From the NCBI RefSeq assembly GCF_006345805.1, contig NC_043004.1, positions 55,986,001 through 56,050,000 of the forward strand: a DNA stretch of 64,000 nt. Direction: 5' to 3'. This DNA comes from Octopus sinensis (Eukaryota). Under the pieces are notes generated by a model that had not been told where the DNA came from, did not search any database, and saw nothing but the letters and a program-made list of their open reading frames with translations. Shown here one piece after another: positions 39,345-52,678 of this stretch (its first letter is position 1; each line of letters starts with the position of its first letter). Made by a program: the position numbers and the translations under genes.

Positions 39345-40740
39345 GATAAACTAGAAAGTTTTACAGATATTTACAGTTCCAGTGATGGATTGGATCTGTA
39401 GTCTTCGAATTAGCTTTCTCCTTTCTGGTTTTGAGAAGTCTAATTTCTCAAGATTGGTATTTAGGCAGTGTGTTACTTATCCCAGGGCCCCAATAATTAC
39501 AGGTATAAACCTGAACTTGAAACCTTGATAGAGTAACTGCATTTTTCTCAATAGTTCAGCATAGGTGTTCTCTTTTTCGCTGATCTTCAGCTTTATGTTA
39601 ATATCCGCTGGGCAGCTAATTTCCACAACTGTGCGCAGTTTCTCATCTGAATCCCAAATCATTATATCAGGTCTGTTGTGCTTACATTTTATTGAGGTCT
39701 TCACTGGTACATTCCTTTGTATTATGAGTGGTTATGGGTCCTGCCATATTGAGAATTCGTATTTCTTTGTCCTCGGGATTATCCTTCCGATGGATTTCAT
39801 TATAGAGTATCCTAGCTACAACGTCATGTCTCATTGGTAGATAAACCGTGATGATATTTTCGGATAACTGCTTATGATGTGGGTGATATCTTCAGTCTGA
39901 AATCCACAAAGTCTGCATCGGTTGTCACATTTTACGGCTTTTCCTGCATCTCTATCCCGTTTGTGCATCAGGTACTTGATTGATATTTCCTGTTCTTAGA
40001 TTGCAAACGCATAGCCTTCAAAGTGGGAGGTAGTAATCCGTCTATTGGTACATGATAAACCACTTTGATGAGCGATGTTACTATCAACACGGAGCTTTCT
40101 ACTAACATATCCATGCATAGTCTTCTGCTCATATAGGCTCATCCGTATGTATGTCATTATTCAGTTTATTTCAAGATTTCTTGCCAAAGGAGAATGAACT
40201 AGGTTCTAACCTAGATTTAAGGCCCCTTCATTGGAAATTCAACATAAACGATAGGGTATTTTTGTATGTATGTATGTATGTATGTATGTATGTATGTATG
40301 TATGTATGTATGTATTTATGTATGTATGTATGTATGTATGTATGTATGTATGTATGTATGTATCTGCAGATTAATTGCGGTAGAGTCATGCAACTTCTTT
40401 GGGCATGTATTCTAGCTTATCAGGCAAAAAGTTTTGCTCAAGGAGCTACTGGCCAAGTCTTCTGATGCTATCAGCCTCATGTATGCAAACTTGGTCAGGG
40501 ATGCACTTGGAACTTAGTGGTTAAAAGATGTTGCCGAAGGGATATAATGTGACTTTCAAATGCTGCCTTATGTGTGTTCGTTAGAATTTTTCGGGTTTGC
40601 ACATCAGTGGCTCGGATCTCATCAAGTGTCCAATCAAGCAGCCCGAATGTTGGTATGAGTATTGGCACTGCAAAAACATTGTGGGCTACGGTTTTATTGA
40701 ATGCAGAGTTCTGAGGTCCAATCGGATGGAGGATGCCCGA
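39345..40740 (-). mobile_element. Fragmented RLE-class LINE (family distinct from the AAT-targeting copies)
   Basis: HNRPDIMIWD...VEISCPAD...K...Y..L...IPVIIGALG; upstream CRLC/EDITHIISS/RHD; AHNVFAVPILIPTFGLLDWT thumb segment. Confidence 0.85.
40152..40260 (-). mobile_element. Short non-LTR 3' end with (TACA)n tail, copy 2
   Basis: See copy 1; interrupts the RLE LINE. Confidence 0.6.
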
Positions 40741-40807
40741 GATCCTAGAAGACACACATACAGACAGACAGAACGGATTTTATATTATATATATATATAT
40801 ATATATA

Positions 40808-40973
40808 TACGGTAGGCTTCTTTCAGACTCCGTACACTAAATCGACTCACAAGGCTTTGGTCGGCCCGAGGGTATAGTAAAACAGACGTGCCCAATATTC
40901 CACGCAATGGGACAAAACCCTGAAACATACGATTAAGAAGCAAACTTGTTACCACAGAGCCACGCCTGCGCCT
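40808..40973 (-). mobile_element. SINE family A 5' half
   Basis: CTCACAAGGCTTTGGTCGGCCCGAGG motif. Confidence 0.7.
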
Positions 40974-41404
40974 ATATGCACTTACACACAGACACGTATA
41001 TATACACATACACACAGACACTATATACATACATACATGCACACATACATACACATGCAGATGTATAAAAGACGAGCTGAGCGCAAAGTGAGACAATCTT
41101 GAACGGAATGGACAAGAAGGATTGGTGAGACGCAGTAATGTGAGTTGTGAATTGGGCAGAGTGTGAGGAAAATGTGAGATAAATTGACTTGAGCGATAAC
41201 TGGAAAGAATAGTCAGGGGTTGGGTATGAAACGTAGTCATATAGAACTGCTAAGGAGAATAAATGGTGCAGACAGTTAAAAAGTGGCGATTGCAACGTCA
41301 CTTATATATTCTTCAATGTCAGTGAAAGTTTTAAGAAATGTGTCAAAGAAAGTTGCATGAGAGATAGATAGATAGATAAATAAAGAGAGTGTGAGAAGAG
41401 AGGA

Positions 41405-41437
<33 letters not shown>

Positions 41438-41580
41438 AAGAAAGAGAAAGAAAGAGAAATATGAGGACGCATAAAAAGAAGTGAGTGTTGTGCTATCTCG
41501 TATTCGTGACAGAGAAGGGGATATATTAATATGCACACACACACACACACCACACACACACACACCACACACACACACAT

Positions 41581-41611
<31 letters not shown>

Positions 41612-41785
41612 CAAGCTCGCACAAATATACACCCATAATGCATATTTATTATGCGTGACTATATACATGTGTATTGTACGCACATATATATATAAGTATA
41701 TATATATATATATATTATATATATATACTTATATATATATATATATATATATATACATACATACATACATATACATATACATAAT

Positions 41786-41817
<32 letters not shown>

Positions 41818-42195
41818 GTGTGTGTATACATATATAGATAAATATACAGATATGGATATACATATCTATATTTGCATATCTGCATATATATGTAAATATA
41901 CACACAAACACACACACAAAGGCACACATGTATTTGTAAATATGGAGAAAGAGAGAGGGCTAGAGCTAAATTTAGATAAATGATCTCGATGGTAGACATT
42001 AGATTAGTCAAAAGAATTTCTGGTTAGTGGAGAATTTGGCAATGGCAGAAAGTGGTTGCAACAGATGAACTTAGTGACATGGAAAAAAATTTTCGCTAGA
42101 GGACTGGTTGACTTCGTTGAGGTTCACTCTCCCTAAGGGATATAAAAGAGAGAGGGAATGCGAGGGATATAATATATATATTATATATATATATA

Positions 42196-42243
<48 letters not shown>

Positions 42244-42286
42244 ACATATCTATATGTATGTATGAACATATATATATATATATATG

Positions 42287-44398
42287 TGTCCAATTTTAAA
42301 CCCTGCACGACTTCTATACACACTGTCTTTCCTACCCGCCATTGCTTCTTCACCAAACATTTTGGCGCCCTCCGATTCTTCCCCTCTCTTCTTCCCATCC
42401 TCCTCCCCTCTTCCTCCCATCCTCCTTAATCCCTTCTTTCTCCTTTTCTCTTGGTCACTGATTCTGTCCCCTGCCTTCCACCCTCTTTGATTCCCTCTCT
42501 CTCTGTCTCTCTTTCTCTCTCTCCTGCGACCTGCTGCTTCTTAAACCATTCTGTTGGCCTTCGTATCTCGACCAACATGTGTCCCGCTACCGAAACGGTA
42601 ATTATTTCTACGCCAGCTATGTTGTTGTTGTTTTTGTCTCATTTGGTCTAAAGTCGTATGACAACCACCGTTATATATATTTTGTTTATTCATTACTGTT
42701 TTCAATTTCGTTTTCGTCTCTTGTATTCACATCCGTCTTGTGCGTTCACATTCCTGTCTTCTACCAAGAAATCTAATGCTTACAGCTTAGTTTTTTTTCT
42801 TGGGGCTGGCCGAGTTGGAGCAAATATCAGAATTGAACAGCCGAAATTTGCTATGATGATTCGGTGTCTGACTGAAGATTGAAGGCTTCGAATGATTTGT
42901 CTGTGTTCCGTGTTCGTCCCTTCCTGTATTTCACGTTCATTATATATAAAAACATTCATTCTTATATTATTGCGGCGTTACGTGCACCCCCCCCCCGTTT
43001 GTTTGTCCAATTTTAAACCCTGCACGACTTCTATACACACTGTCTTTCCTACCCGCCATTGCTTCTTCACCAAACATTTTGGCGCCCTCCGATTCTTCCC
43101 CTCTCTTCCTCCCATCCTCCTCCCCTCTTCCTCCCATCCTCCTTAATCCCTTCTTTCTCCTTTTCTCTTGGTCACTGATTCTGTCCCCTGCCTTCCACCC
43201 TCTTTGATTCCCTCTCTCTCTGTCTCTCTTTCTCTCTCTCCTGCGACCTGCTGCTTCTTAAACCATTCTGTTGGCCTTCGTATCTCGACGAACATGTGTC
43301 CCCGCTACCGAAACGGTAATTATTTCTACGCCAGCTATGTTGTTGTTGTTGTTTTTGTCTCATTTGGTCTAAAGTCGTATGACAACCACCGTTATATATA
43401 TTTTGTTTATTCATACTGTTTTCAATTTCGTTTTCGTCTCTTGTATTCACATCCGTCTTGTGCGTTCACATTCTGTCTTCTACCAAGAAATCTAATGCTT
43501 ACAGCTTAGTTTTTTTTCTTGGGGCTGGCCGAGTTGGAGCAAATATCAGAATTGAACAGCCGAAATTTGCTATGATGATTCGGTGTCTGACTGAAGATTG
43601 AAAGCTTCGAATGATTTGTCTGTGTTCCGTGTTCGTCCCTTCCTGTATTTCACGTTCATTATATATAAAAACATTCATTCTTATATTATTGCGGCGTTAC
43701 GTGCACCCCCCCGTTTGTTTGTCCAATTTTAAACCCTGCACGACTTCTATACACACTGTCTTTCCTACCCGCCATTGCTTCTTCACCAAACATTTTGGCG
43801 CCCTCCGATTCTTCCCCTCTCTTCCTCCCATCCTCCTCCCCTCTTCCTCCCATCTCCTTAATCCCTTCTTTCTCCTTTTCTTGGTCACTGATTCTGTCCC
43901 CTGCCTTCCACCCTCTTTGATTCCCTCTCTCTCTGTCTCTCTTTCTCTCTCTCCTGCGACCTGCTGCTTCTTAAACCATTCTGTTGGCCTTCGTATCTCG
44001 ACCAACATGTGTCCCCGCTACCGAAACGGTAATTATTTCTACGCCAGCTATGTTGTTGTTGTTGTTTTTGTCTCATTTGGTCTAAAGTCGTATGACAACC
44101 ACCGTTATATATATTTTGTTTATTCATTACTGTTTTCAATTTCGTTTTCGTCTCTTGTATTCACATCCGTCTTGTGCGTTCACATTCCTGTCTTCTACCA
44201 AGAAATCTAATGCTTACAGCTTAGTTTTTTTTCTTGGGGCTGGCCGAGTGGAGCAAATATCAGAATTGAACAGCCGAAATTTGCTATGATGATTCGGTGT
44301 CTGACTGAAGATTGAAAGCTTCGAATGATTTGTCTGTGTTCCGTGTTCGTCCCTTCCTGTATTTCACGTTCATTATATATAAAAACATTCATTCTTAT
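42287..44398. repeat. Three tandem copies of a ~717-bp unit (LTR-like repeat family)
   Basis: TGTCCAATTTTAAACCC at 42287, 43004 and 43720; flanked by (TA)n; core homologous to 63020-63170. Confidence 0.93.
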
Positions 44399-44779
44399 AT
44401 ATATATATATATATTGAACTGCAACTGACCATTCAAAATACGACAATCAAGGCACTCCCAAATTTCTCCACCCCTTCTCCTCATCATCCCTCTTCTCCTT
44501 CTACCCTACCAAGAATTCACAAGGACCTCGAACACACAAGTGCAAACAAGGGAGTCAGAGAAAGGCAGAATGCCACTAAAATTTGAAAACTATACAAATA
44601 TTCCTTTAAAAATACTTTTCTTCTAATTTTTCTAAATTTAATTATTTAATCGTTACTGTTGAAAAGGTCTCAAAATGACCGAAACCGGTACTGAAATGTT
44701 CTTTATAAAATTATTTTAGCATTTTCTATTTTGACTTGTCTTTTCATATATATCAACTCGTGTGTTCCTTTTCACCCTT

Positions 44780-44815
<36 letters not shown>

Positions 44816-44917
44816 TCGGGGTGAGTACTTGATAATTATAAGCACCTGTGTATACCGTTTGGTGGTGTAGGTGGTGGAGTAAATTGATCAAAATAAAAAC
44901 ATGATGCCAAGGATTCA

Positions 44918-44995
44918 GCGGTACATATGTTTCGGGCCTTTATCAGACAGATTTATAACAATGCATAATGTATGTCTGTGGCCTTCTTCAGCCGC
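44918..44995 (-). ncRNA. Type-I hammerhead ribozyme motif (intact)
   Basis: Minus strand GCGG-CUGAAGA-A-GGCC..GGCC-C-GAA-ACAUAUGU-A-CCGC: 4-bp stem I, canonical core, palindromic stem III, GUA triplet. Confidence 0.75.
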
Positions 44996-46548
44996 GCACA
45001 ACAACTTCCACAAGGACATGTGTTACATCAAAAATTCTTGGTTGGGGATGCAAATCCTCTCATTCGCGTACGGCATAATGCGGCAACAGCATAGAATTGA
45101 AGCGTCCATCTCTTTCTTCTCTCAATGTAGAATGAGGAAATTTGGATGTTGAAGTAATGTAAATAAATTAATAAATAAATATATATATAGACGTGAAGGA
45201 ACCTGGTAATAAGAGTAAATAGGGGTAAAGATGGAGGGGCGAGAATTCAGGACGAAGGATAAAAAATATATAAAAAGTGTAAGTATAGAAAAATATAAAA
45301 ATGTAGAGTATAAAGATATAAAGAGATATAAGGAGATATAAAGGGGATATAAAGAATATAAAAAAATATAAATGAATATAAAGGTATAAAGTTATAAAGT
45401 AAAAATAAAAATAGGAATAAAAATGATAAAAAATGTAAAAAAAATATAAGGATAAGGGATGTATAGTGGTTACGGACCAAACATGGTGGTCAGGAAAATG
45501 ACAAAATTTATTTGTAAAAGTTTTGGGTGTCAATAAATCAACGGGGGCGTCTGGGGACCTAGTGTATTGTAAATCAGAGCTGTTGGGCAGCTAATCTAGT
45601 TCCTTGAATTAAGTGGTCATCTTGTACATACATACCAGCATGGATACATACACCTATATACACGCGCACATATACGCGCGCATACACAGCTCCAAGCATA
45701 TAAGCATACATACGTACTCACGTGTAAACATGTACAGAAACACATATACACCCACACACATGCGCATATATACATACATACAACAGAATATGCGTATATA
45801 TACACGGACACTACACGTGTACATATATATATATATACATATATACCCACACACGCACATACACATATACATATACACATACACATATGCATACATATAT
45901 GCACATGTATATCTATACATACGCGTATACACACACCCATATATACATACGTACGTCCATCCTTACATACACATACACAGATGCCCACACATACAGGTTT
46001 AGATATAAGATATTAAAAGATGTATATAAGAACGCATGTAAAGAGTCACGCACTCACGTCTACCCGTGCACGCACACACGGCTGTGTGTCCATATGTGCG
46101 TGTACATATACACTTACATACACACACAGAGACATACGCGCGTATAGGTATAGCTATAAGATATTAGAAATCTGCGAAAAAGAAAAACATGTAAAAAATT
46201 TTAAAAAATTATTAAAGAAAATTATTAAAGAAGAGTAACGGGGTATGCACATCCAGACGTAGATGTTTACTCGTACATATGTACACATATGTATACGTAT
46301 ACATACGTACACGGACACACGTATCATCATAAAGCGTATCATCATAAATCTATATATCATCACGTCTATAAAGATATTAATTTACGTTACTTCAACATCC
46401 AAATTTCCTCATTCTACATTGAGAGAAGAAAGAGATGGACGCTTCAATTCTATGCTGTTGCCGCATTATGTCGTACGCGACTGAGAGGATTTGCATCCCC
46501 AACCAAGAATTTTTGATGTAACACATGTCCTTGTGGAAGTTGTTGTGC

Positions 46549-46626
46549 GCGGCTGAAGAAGGCCACAGACATACATTATGCATTGTTATAAATCTGTCTA
46601 ATAAAGGCCCGAAAGATATGTACTGC
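46549..46626 (+). ncRNA. Hammerhead motif, mutated copy
   Basis: Same as 44918-44995, but GAAAG breaks stem III and stem I is GCGG/CTGC. Confidence 0.55.
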
Positions 46627-46688
46627 TGAATCCTTGGCATCATGTTTTTATTTTGATCAATTTATATATATATATACATATACCTACA

Positions 46689-46739
<51 letters not shown>

Positions 46740-46740
46740 A

Positions 46741-46792
<52 letters not shown>

Positions 46793-46873
46793 GTGTTTAT
46801 ACATATATATATATTTATGCATATATATGTATATATGTATATATGCACACAAACACACACACACATATATATA

Positions 46874-47074
46874 TACATATAAGAGGGATGACCACTATGT
46901 GGACATCCTTTATACTAGAAGTAGAACCCCTATGGTCTTACCACTAAGAAAGGATTATTCTGAAGAAAATTTACTCAATTTTCTTGCAAACTGTCCTTTC
47001 TTAGAGGTAAGACAATAGGGGGCCTACTTCTAGCAGATTGGATGTCCACTTAGTGGTCATCTCACTTATATGTA
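46874..47074. mobile_element. ~200-bp foldback palindrome (MITE-like)
   Basis: Arms pair along the whole length; central AAGAAAATT-TACTC-AATTTTCTT. Confidence 0.75.
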
Positions 47075-47324
47075 TGTAATATAATTTTTTTGAATCTTCA
47101 CATTTTTCAATATGATAGACCACTGGTTTTAAATTGATATATTTATCAAATTAATATTCAATTTTTCACCATTATTATTTTAAAATGGGACAAGGACGCA
47201 AAAAAATCCAGACAGGTGATACAAAAAAGGGACAACGAAACATCCAGACAGACGATACAAAGAAAACAAGGACAGCTCGTTCCGAGTTTTCTATCCTCAG
47301 TCGAGTTCCAGATTGCATTTGCAA

Positions 47325-47820
<496 letters not shown>

Positions 47821-47825
47821 AAGCC

Positions 47826-48153
47826 CAGCTCTCTGTGCCATACTTATGTGGTGTGGTTTGCTGTGATGCTCTTATGGTTACTGAATCGAAAGTGTTTTAC
47901 TAAGGATGTGTGCAGTGCCTAGTAGTACTATTTTCTGTATGTTATATATATTTGTTTGCCCTCGTGTTTTTGTTATGCATTTGTCTGAATATTTTTTATC
48001 ATACCTAATGCGTCCACTATGATAGGAATTGTTTCTGCTTTTAGACTCCTCATTCGAGTTGCCTCTATTTCCAGTTCTTTGTATTTTGAAATTTTTTCCA
48101 TTTCTTTTAGAGAAACGTTGTCATCTGTTGGTATTGATACATCAATTAAGAAA

Positions 48154-48157
<4 letters not shown>
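47826..48157 (-). mobile_element. R4/Dong-like LINE 3' fragment (diverged)
   Basis: Homologous to 7540-7870; abuts (ATT)n. Confidence 0.8.
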
Positions 48158-48209
<52 letters not shown>

Positions 48210-48210
<1 letters not shown>

Positions 48211-48710
48211 GTGACAGAGCAGTGCATGCCATCGAAATGACACTGGAGTAAAATATACGAAGCACATGCATCAGAACCATATGTGCACGACATGGTGATC
48301 TCATATCAAGATAAACAGCACATGACCTTGCAGGTGGGGCCCAGTTATGATTTTCCTCTGGTCAAGTAACCCATCCTGCTCAAAAGGTCCCTGAATAAGG
48401 GTTGTTTAAGGGTGTTGAACGAAACACCCATATTTCCAGAGGTGAATTGTTCAAACCCTCAAAGATTCCCTTTCAACACATGGCTATGATGCCCCCCTCC
48501 CTCACTACCTCTGCTCATGACCAGAGATGCGCATATCGTCAGCCACTAAGGGACATGCTCAACTGGTTAAGGCCAAACAACTGACAAGCAAATCTGTGGT
48601 ATTGAACAAAATATTTGCTGTAGCCCATCTTTCATACCAAGACAAAACAATGTACACGATAACACTTACAACCGGCTACGATGAGAAGCCATGAGAGCCA
48701 CTGCCTGGCA

Positions 48711-48713
<3 letters not shown>
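48210..48713 (-). mobile_element. Retroposon 'X', copy 2
   Basis: Reverse complement of 6531-7070. Confidence 0.75.
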
Positions 48714-48754
<41 letters not shown>

Positions 48755-48900
48755 CCACCACCACCACCACCATCACTACCACCACCACCACCACCACCAC
48801 AACCACAACCACAACCACCACCACCACCACCACCACCACCATCATCATCATCATCTTCATCTTCATCGTCGTCGCCGTCGTCGTTGTTGTTGTTGTTGTC
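48713..48900. repeat. (CAT)n/(CAC)n/(GTT)n compound trinucleotide repeat
   Basis: Direct sequence. Confidence 0.95.
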
Positions 48901-49073
48901 GTTGATGTTGTTGCTGTTGTTTTTGTTTTATTGTCTTTGCACAGTTTCTAATGCTGGAGACAAAACAATGTACATGATAACACTGCCAAACAGTTAAGAT
49001 CAGAAGCCACGAGAGCCATTGCCTTGTACTGGATCAAAGCATATACTGCTTCAGGACATGTACTGCATCATGG

Positions 49074-49162
<89 letters not shown>

Positions 49163-49165
49163 TCA

Positions 49166-49206
<41 letters not shown>

Positions 49207-49209
<3 letters not shown>

Positions 49210-49710
49210 TAGTTTTATTTTTATAGCGTGCTTTCACTTCACTACCGAGCACAGCTCTGTGTGCCTTGGGTATGTGCTGTGATTTGTTGTGATGCTCTGA
49301 TGGTTATTGTATGGAAAGTGTTCTGCGTAGGATGTGTGCAGTGCCTAGTAGTGCAATTTTCTGTATGTTATATGTGTTTGTAAGTCCTGGTGTTTTTGTT
49401 ATGTATTTGTCTGAATATTTTTTATCATGCCTAATGCACCTACTATGATAGGAATTGTTTCTGTTTTCAGATTCCACATTCTAGTTACCTCTATTTCCAG
49501 GTCTTTGTATTTTGAGAGTTTCTCCATTTCTTTTAGAGACACGTTGTCATCAGCCGGTATTGATACATCAATTAGAAAGCATTTTTTTTCTTCATGATCT
49601 CTGACAACTATATCTCGTCTGTTGGCCTTAATTTCTCTATCTGTGTGTATCGGCATATCCCAGAGTATGGTTGCTTTCTCGTTTTCTGTGACCTTTTCTG
49701 GTGTGTGCCT
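49207..49710 (-). mobile_element. 5'-truncated R4/Dong-like LINE
   Basis: Near-identical to 7410-7914; (ATT)n on both sides. Confidence 0.9.
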
Positions 49711-49717
49711 ATTATTA

Positions 49718-49759
<42 letters not shown>

Positions 49760-49814
49760 TATTATTATTATTATTATTAACAGCAGCAACAGCAGCCACA
49801 GCAGTAGTAGTATT

Positions 49815-49893
49815 TCAGTTCTATATTTAAGAGATGAGGAATTATGTACATTATTTACATTATTTACATTGACGGACATTTGTCCTCATCTTG
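49815..49893 (-). mobile_element. Inverted copy of the 3' tail of the hammerhead-bearing repeat
   Basis: Reverse complement CAAGATGAGGACAAATGTCCGTCAATGTAAATAATGTAAATAA matches 55466-55508. Confidence 0.75.
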
Positions 49894-49956
49894 TAGCGGT
49901 TAAGAGCGCAGGCTACTAACCCCAAGATTCCGAGTTCGATTCCAGGCAGTGACCTG
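49893..49956 (+). mobile_element. tRNA-derived SINE head (A-box-like TAGCGGTTAAG, loop CTACTAA, B-box GAGTTCGATTCC at 49932-49943)
   Basis: Partial cloverleaf without an acceptor stem; followed by (AAT)n. Confidence 0.75.
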
Positions 49957-49957
49957 G

Positions 49958-49997
<40 letters not shown>

Positions 49998-49999
49998 TG

Positions 50000-50041
<42 letters not shown>

Positions 50042-50113
50042 TTAATAATAATAATATTAATAATAATAATATTAATAATAATAATAATAATAATAATGAT
50101 AATAATAATGATG

Positions 50114-50206
<93 letters not shown>

Positions 50207-50222
50207 GATAATAATAATAATA
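49957..50222. repeat. (AAT)n array
   Basis: Direct sequence. Confidence 0.95.
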
Positions 50223-50687
50223 AAAAAGATGGGCTACAGCAAATATTCTGCTCAATACCACAGATTTGCTTGTCAGTTGTTTGACCATAACCAGTTGAGC
50301 ATGTCCCTTAGTGGCTGACGATATGTGCATCTGTGATCACGAGCAGAAGTACTGGGGGAGCATCATAGCCATGTGTTGAGAGGGATTCTTTGGGGTTTGA
50401 ATAGTTCACTTCTGGAAACATGGGTGGTTCTTTCAACATCCTTAAACAACCCTTATTCAGGGACCGTTTGAGCGGGATGGGCTACTCAGCCTGAAGAAAA
50501 TTCTAACTGGGCCCCACCTGCAAGGTCATGTGCTGTTTATCTTGATATGAGATCACCATGTCGCGCACATATGGTTGTGATGCATGTGCCTGGTGTACCT
50601 TTATCAGACGGGTAGTCATGATGGGTATATTGGGCTTCGTATATTTTACCCCAGTGTCACTTTGATGGCATGAACTGCTCTCTCACA
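50223..50687 (+). mobile_element. Retroposon 'X', copy 4 (5'-truncated)
   Basis: Homologous to 6631-7070. Confidence 0.8.
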
Positions 50688-50804
50688 CAATGATAAACTT
50701 AGATAAACTTAGATATGTTTCGACCAGAGATTGGTCCAGGCCATGTCTAACTTAATAGCACCACCTGATAGGATTATTCGAATCCTGTTTAAGTCAAGTT
50801 TTGT

Positions 50805-52364
50805 TCAAGTAGTGAGTTCTTGTTGGGTGAGTTGTATCCAGTTTTGTTCAAGTAGTGAGTTCTTGTTGGGTGAGTTGTATCCAATTATGGGTGGCTTATC
50901 TGGTATTCTTTGAAGGAATCTATCCAGACTCTGTTTGAAGTTGATGGGATCCTTTTCCTCTTTGATCTCCCTCGGGACAATGTTAAATAGGGCAAGGCCT
51001 GTTGAGGAAAAGAAATTATGTTGCAGTGTACATGTATGTTGTGATCTTGAATTTGGCAGGGGACGTATAGCCCGTGGTCCAAGTCTTGGATGAACCTTGA
51101 TGTTTAGGTCGTTTGGGCAAAGTTGGCGGTATATTTTCCACATCGTACAAATGATGTACCGCTCACGGCGACGCTGGAGGGAGTAAAGTTTCAAGGCTTT
51201 AAGGCGATCCCAATAATCGAGAGCAGCCATGCCTTCAATTTGTTTAGTGAGAGCCCTCTGGGGTGACTCAATTCTGGAGATGTTTTGTCTTGTGTGAGGA
51301 GACCACAGTGGGCAGCAGTATTCAAGGTGTGACCGTACAAAGGAGGAAAAAAGTGGTATGATGACACCTTGTTCTCTGGACCGGAAAGTTCTTAAGATCC
51401 AGGAACTCATCCTACGAGCTATATCAACCTTCTTGTTGATGTGTGCACTCCAACTGAGATCGTCATCAACAATTACACCCAGGTCTCTGATATTGTTAGA
51501 GGCTGTGAGCGGTTGCCCTGAAGGAAGAGAATATGGTTGTTTTAGTGAGGAATTTCTTCCAAAATGCATCAGCTCAAATTTACCCTCATTCAGTTGCATT
51601 TTGTTTCTGTCTGCCCATTGACTCACAGCATATAGATCAGACTGGAGTTGAGTTCGGTCTGCTTCTTCATTGACGATTTGCTGGAGCTTAGTGTCATCAG
51701 CGAATATTTTCACTTTGCAGTGATGTACGACACTGGAAAGGTCGTTTACGTAAATTATGAAGAGTAGCGGACCCAAAACAGTTCCCTGGGGAACACCGCT
51801 GGTGACTTTTGCTGGGTTTGAGTGGACTCCATCAACTACAACATGTTGTGTTCTATTCGCCAGGAAATACTGAATCCAGCGTAGAACTTTTCCACGGATT
51901 CCAAAATTTGCCAATTTTGAGAGTAGGATGTTATGGTCTACCCTGTCGAACGCTTTACTGAAGTCAAGATATATGACGTCAGAGTTCGAACCTGTTCCCA
52001 AGGCTTTGAGTACATCTTCAATGTGGTGTAAGAGCTGTGTTAGACAGTCCCTGCCACAGCGAAAGCCATGCTGATTTGAATTTAGGAGTTTGTGGGTCTC
52101 CAGGAAGTCAGCTATCCTTGATCTTAACACTCTTTCAAACACTTTAATGATGTGGGAGGTGAGTGAGATTGGGCGATAGTTGACTGCGAGGGATCTGTTT
52201 CCCTGTTTGAAAACCCGGATGACCGACTGGGATAGAAACTGTTTCGGTATATAACCTGCGTCTAACGAGTTTCTCCAGAGGTTGGTCAGAGGGACTGCAA
52301 GTTGATATCTACATTCCTTCAGGAGACTAGCGGGAAATCTATCAGGAGTAATGTTTGACCTCAT
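50805..52364 (-). pseudogene. LINE ORF2 reverse transcriptase
   Basis: NYRPISLTS, QHGF, YLDFSKAFD, GVPQGTVLGPLLF, FADD, RDLGV. The expected SAPGPD motif is disrupted at ~52345. Confidence 0.95.
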
Positions 52365-52678
52365 TTATTGCTGCTACGATGTCGGTGGCAGTGAAGGTTA
52401 TGTCTGCGATTTTGTGTTGGGAGTCAACTTCGTTCGTTTCCCTCACATCAATGTCAGTGGGAACACTGAAGACAGAGCAGTATTGTTTCTGCAGTATTTC
52501 TGCCATTTCTTTAGCATCGTGTTGGGGAATGCCGTTATCATCAATCAATGGCCCAATGGGTGAGACAGTGGTTCTATGCTTATTTGCATAAGAATAGAAC
52601 ACTTTTGGGTTCTGTTTGATGTTTTTGATTACCCATTGTTCCTCCACAGCTCTTTGATTTTCAATGGAGGTTTTCATG

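Larger units (their letters stand above)
44880..46664. mobile_element. Non-coding inverted-repeat element (arms 44880-45164 and 46380-46664) with hammerhead motifs; Penelope pLTR-like
   Basis: ~285-bp arms, approximately 96% identical by eye, HHR sense pointing outward; low-complexity spacer. Confidence 0.75.

Noticed and set aside
48681-48905. Poly-histidine protein
   Set aside because: It is a compound CAT/CAC microsatellite abutting a retroposon end.
49893-49956. Functional tRNA gene
   Set aside because: The 5' end is missing, no acceptor stem forms, there is no T-run terminator, and it runs into (AAT)n; it is a SINE head.
50705-50760. Hammerhead in the CR1 3'UTR (GACCA-ATCTC-TGGTC-GAAAC on minus)
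   Set aside because: There is no CUGANGA upstream and no stem I/III; it is better explained as the LINE 3' stem-loop.
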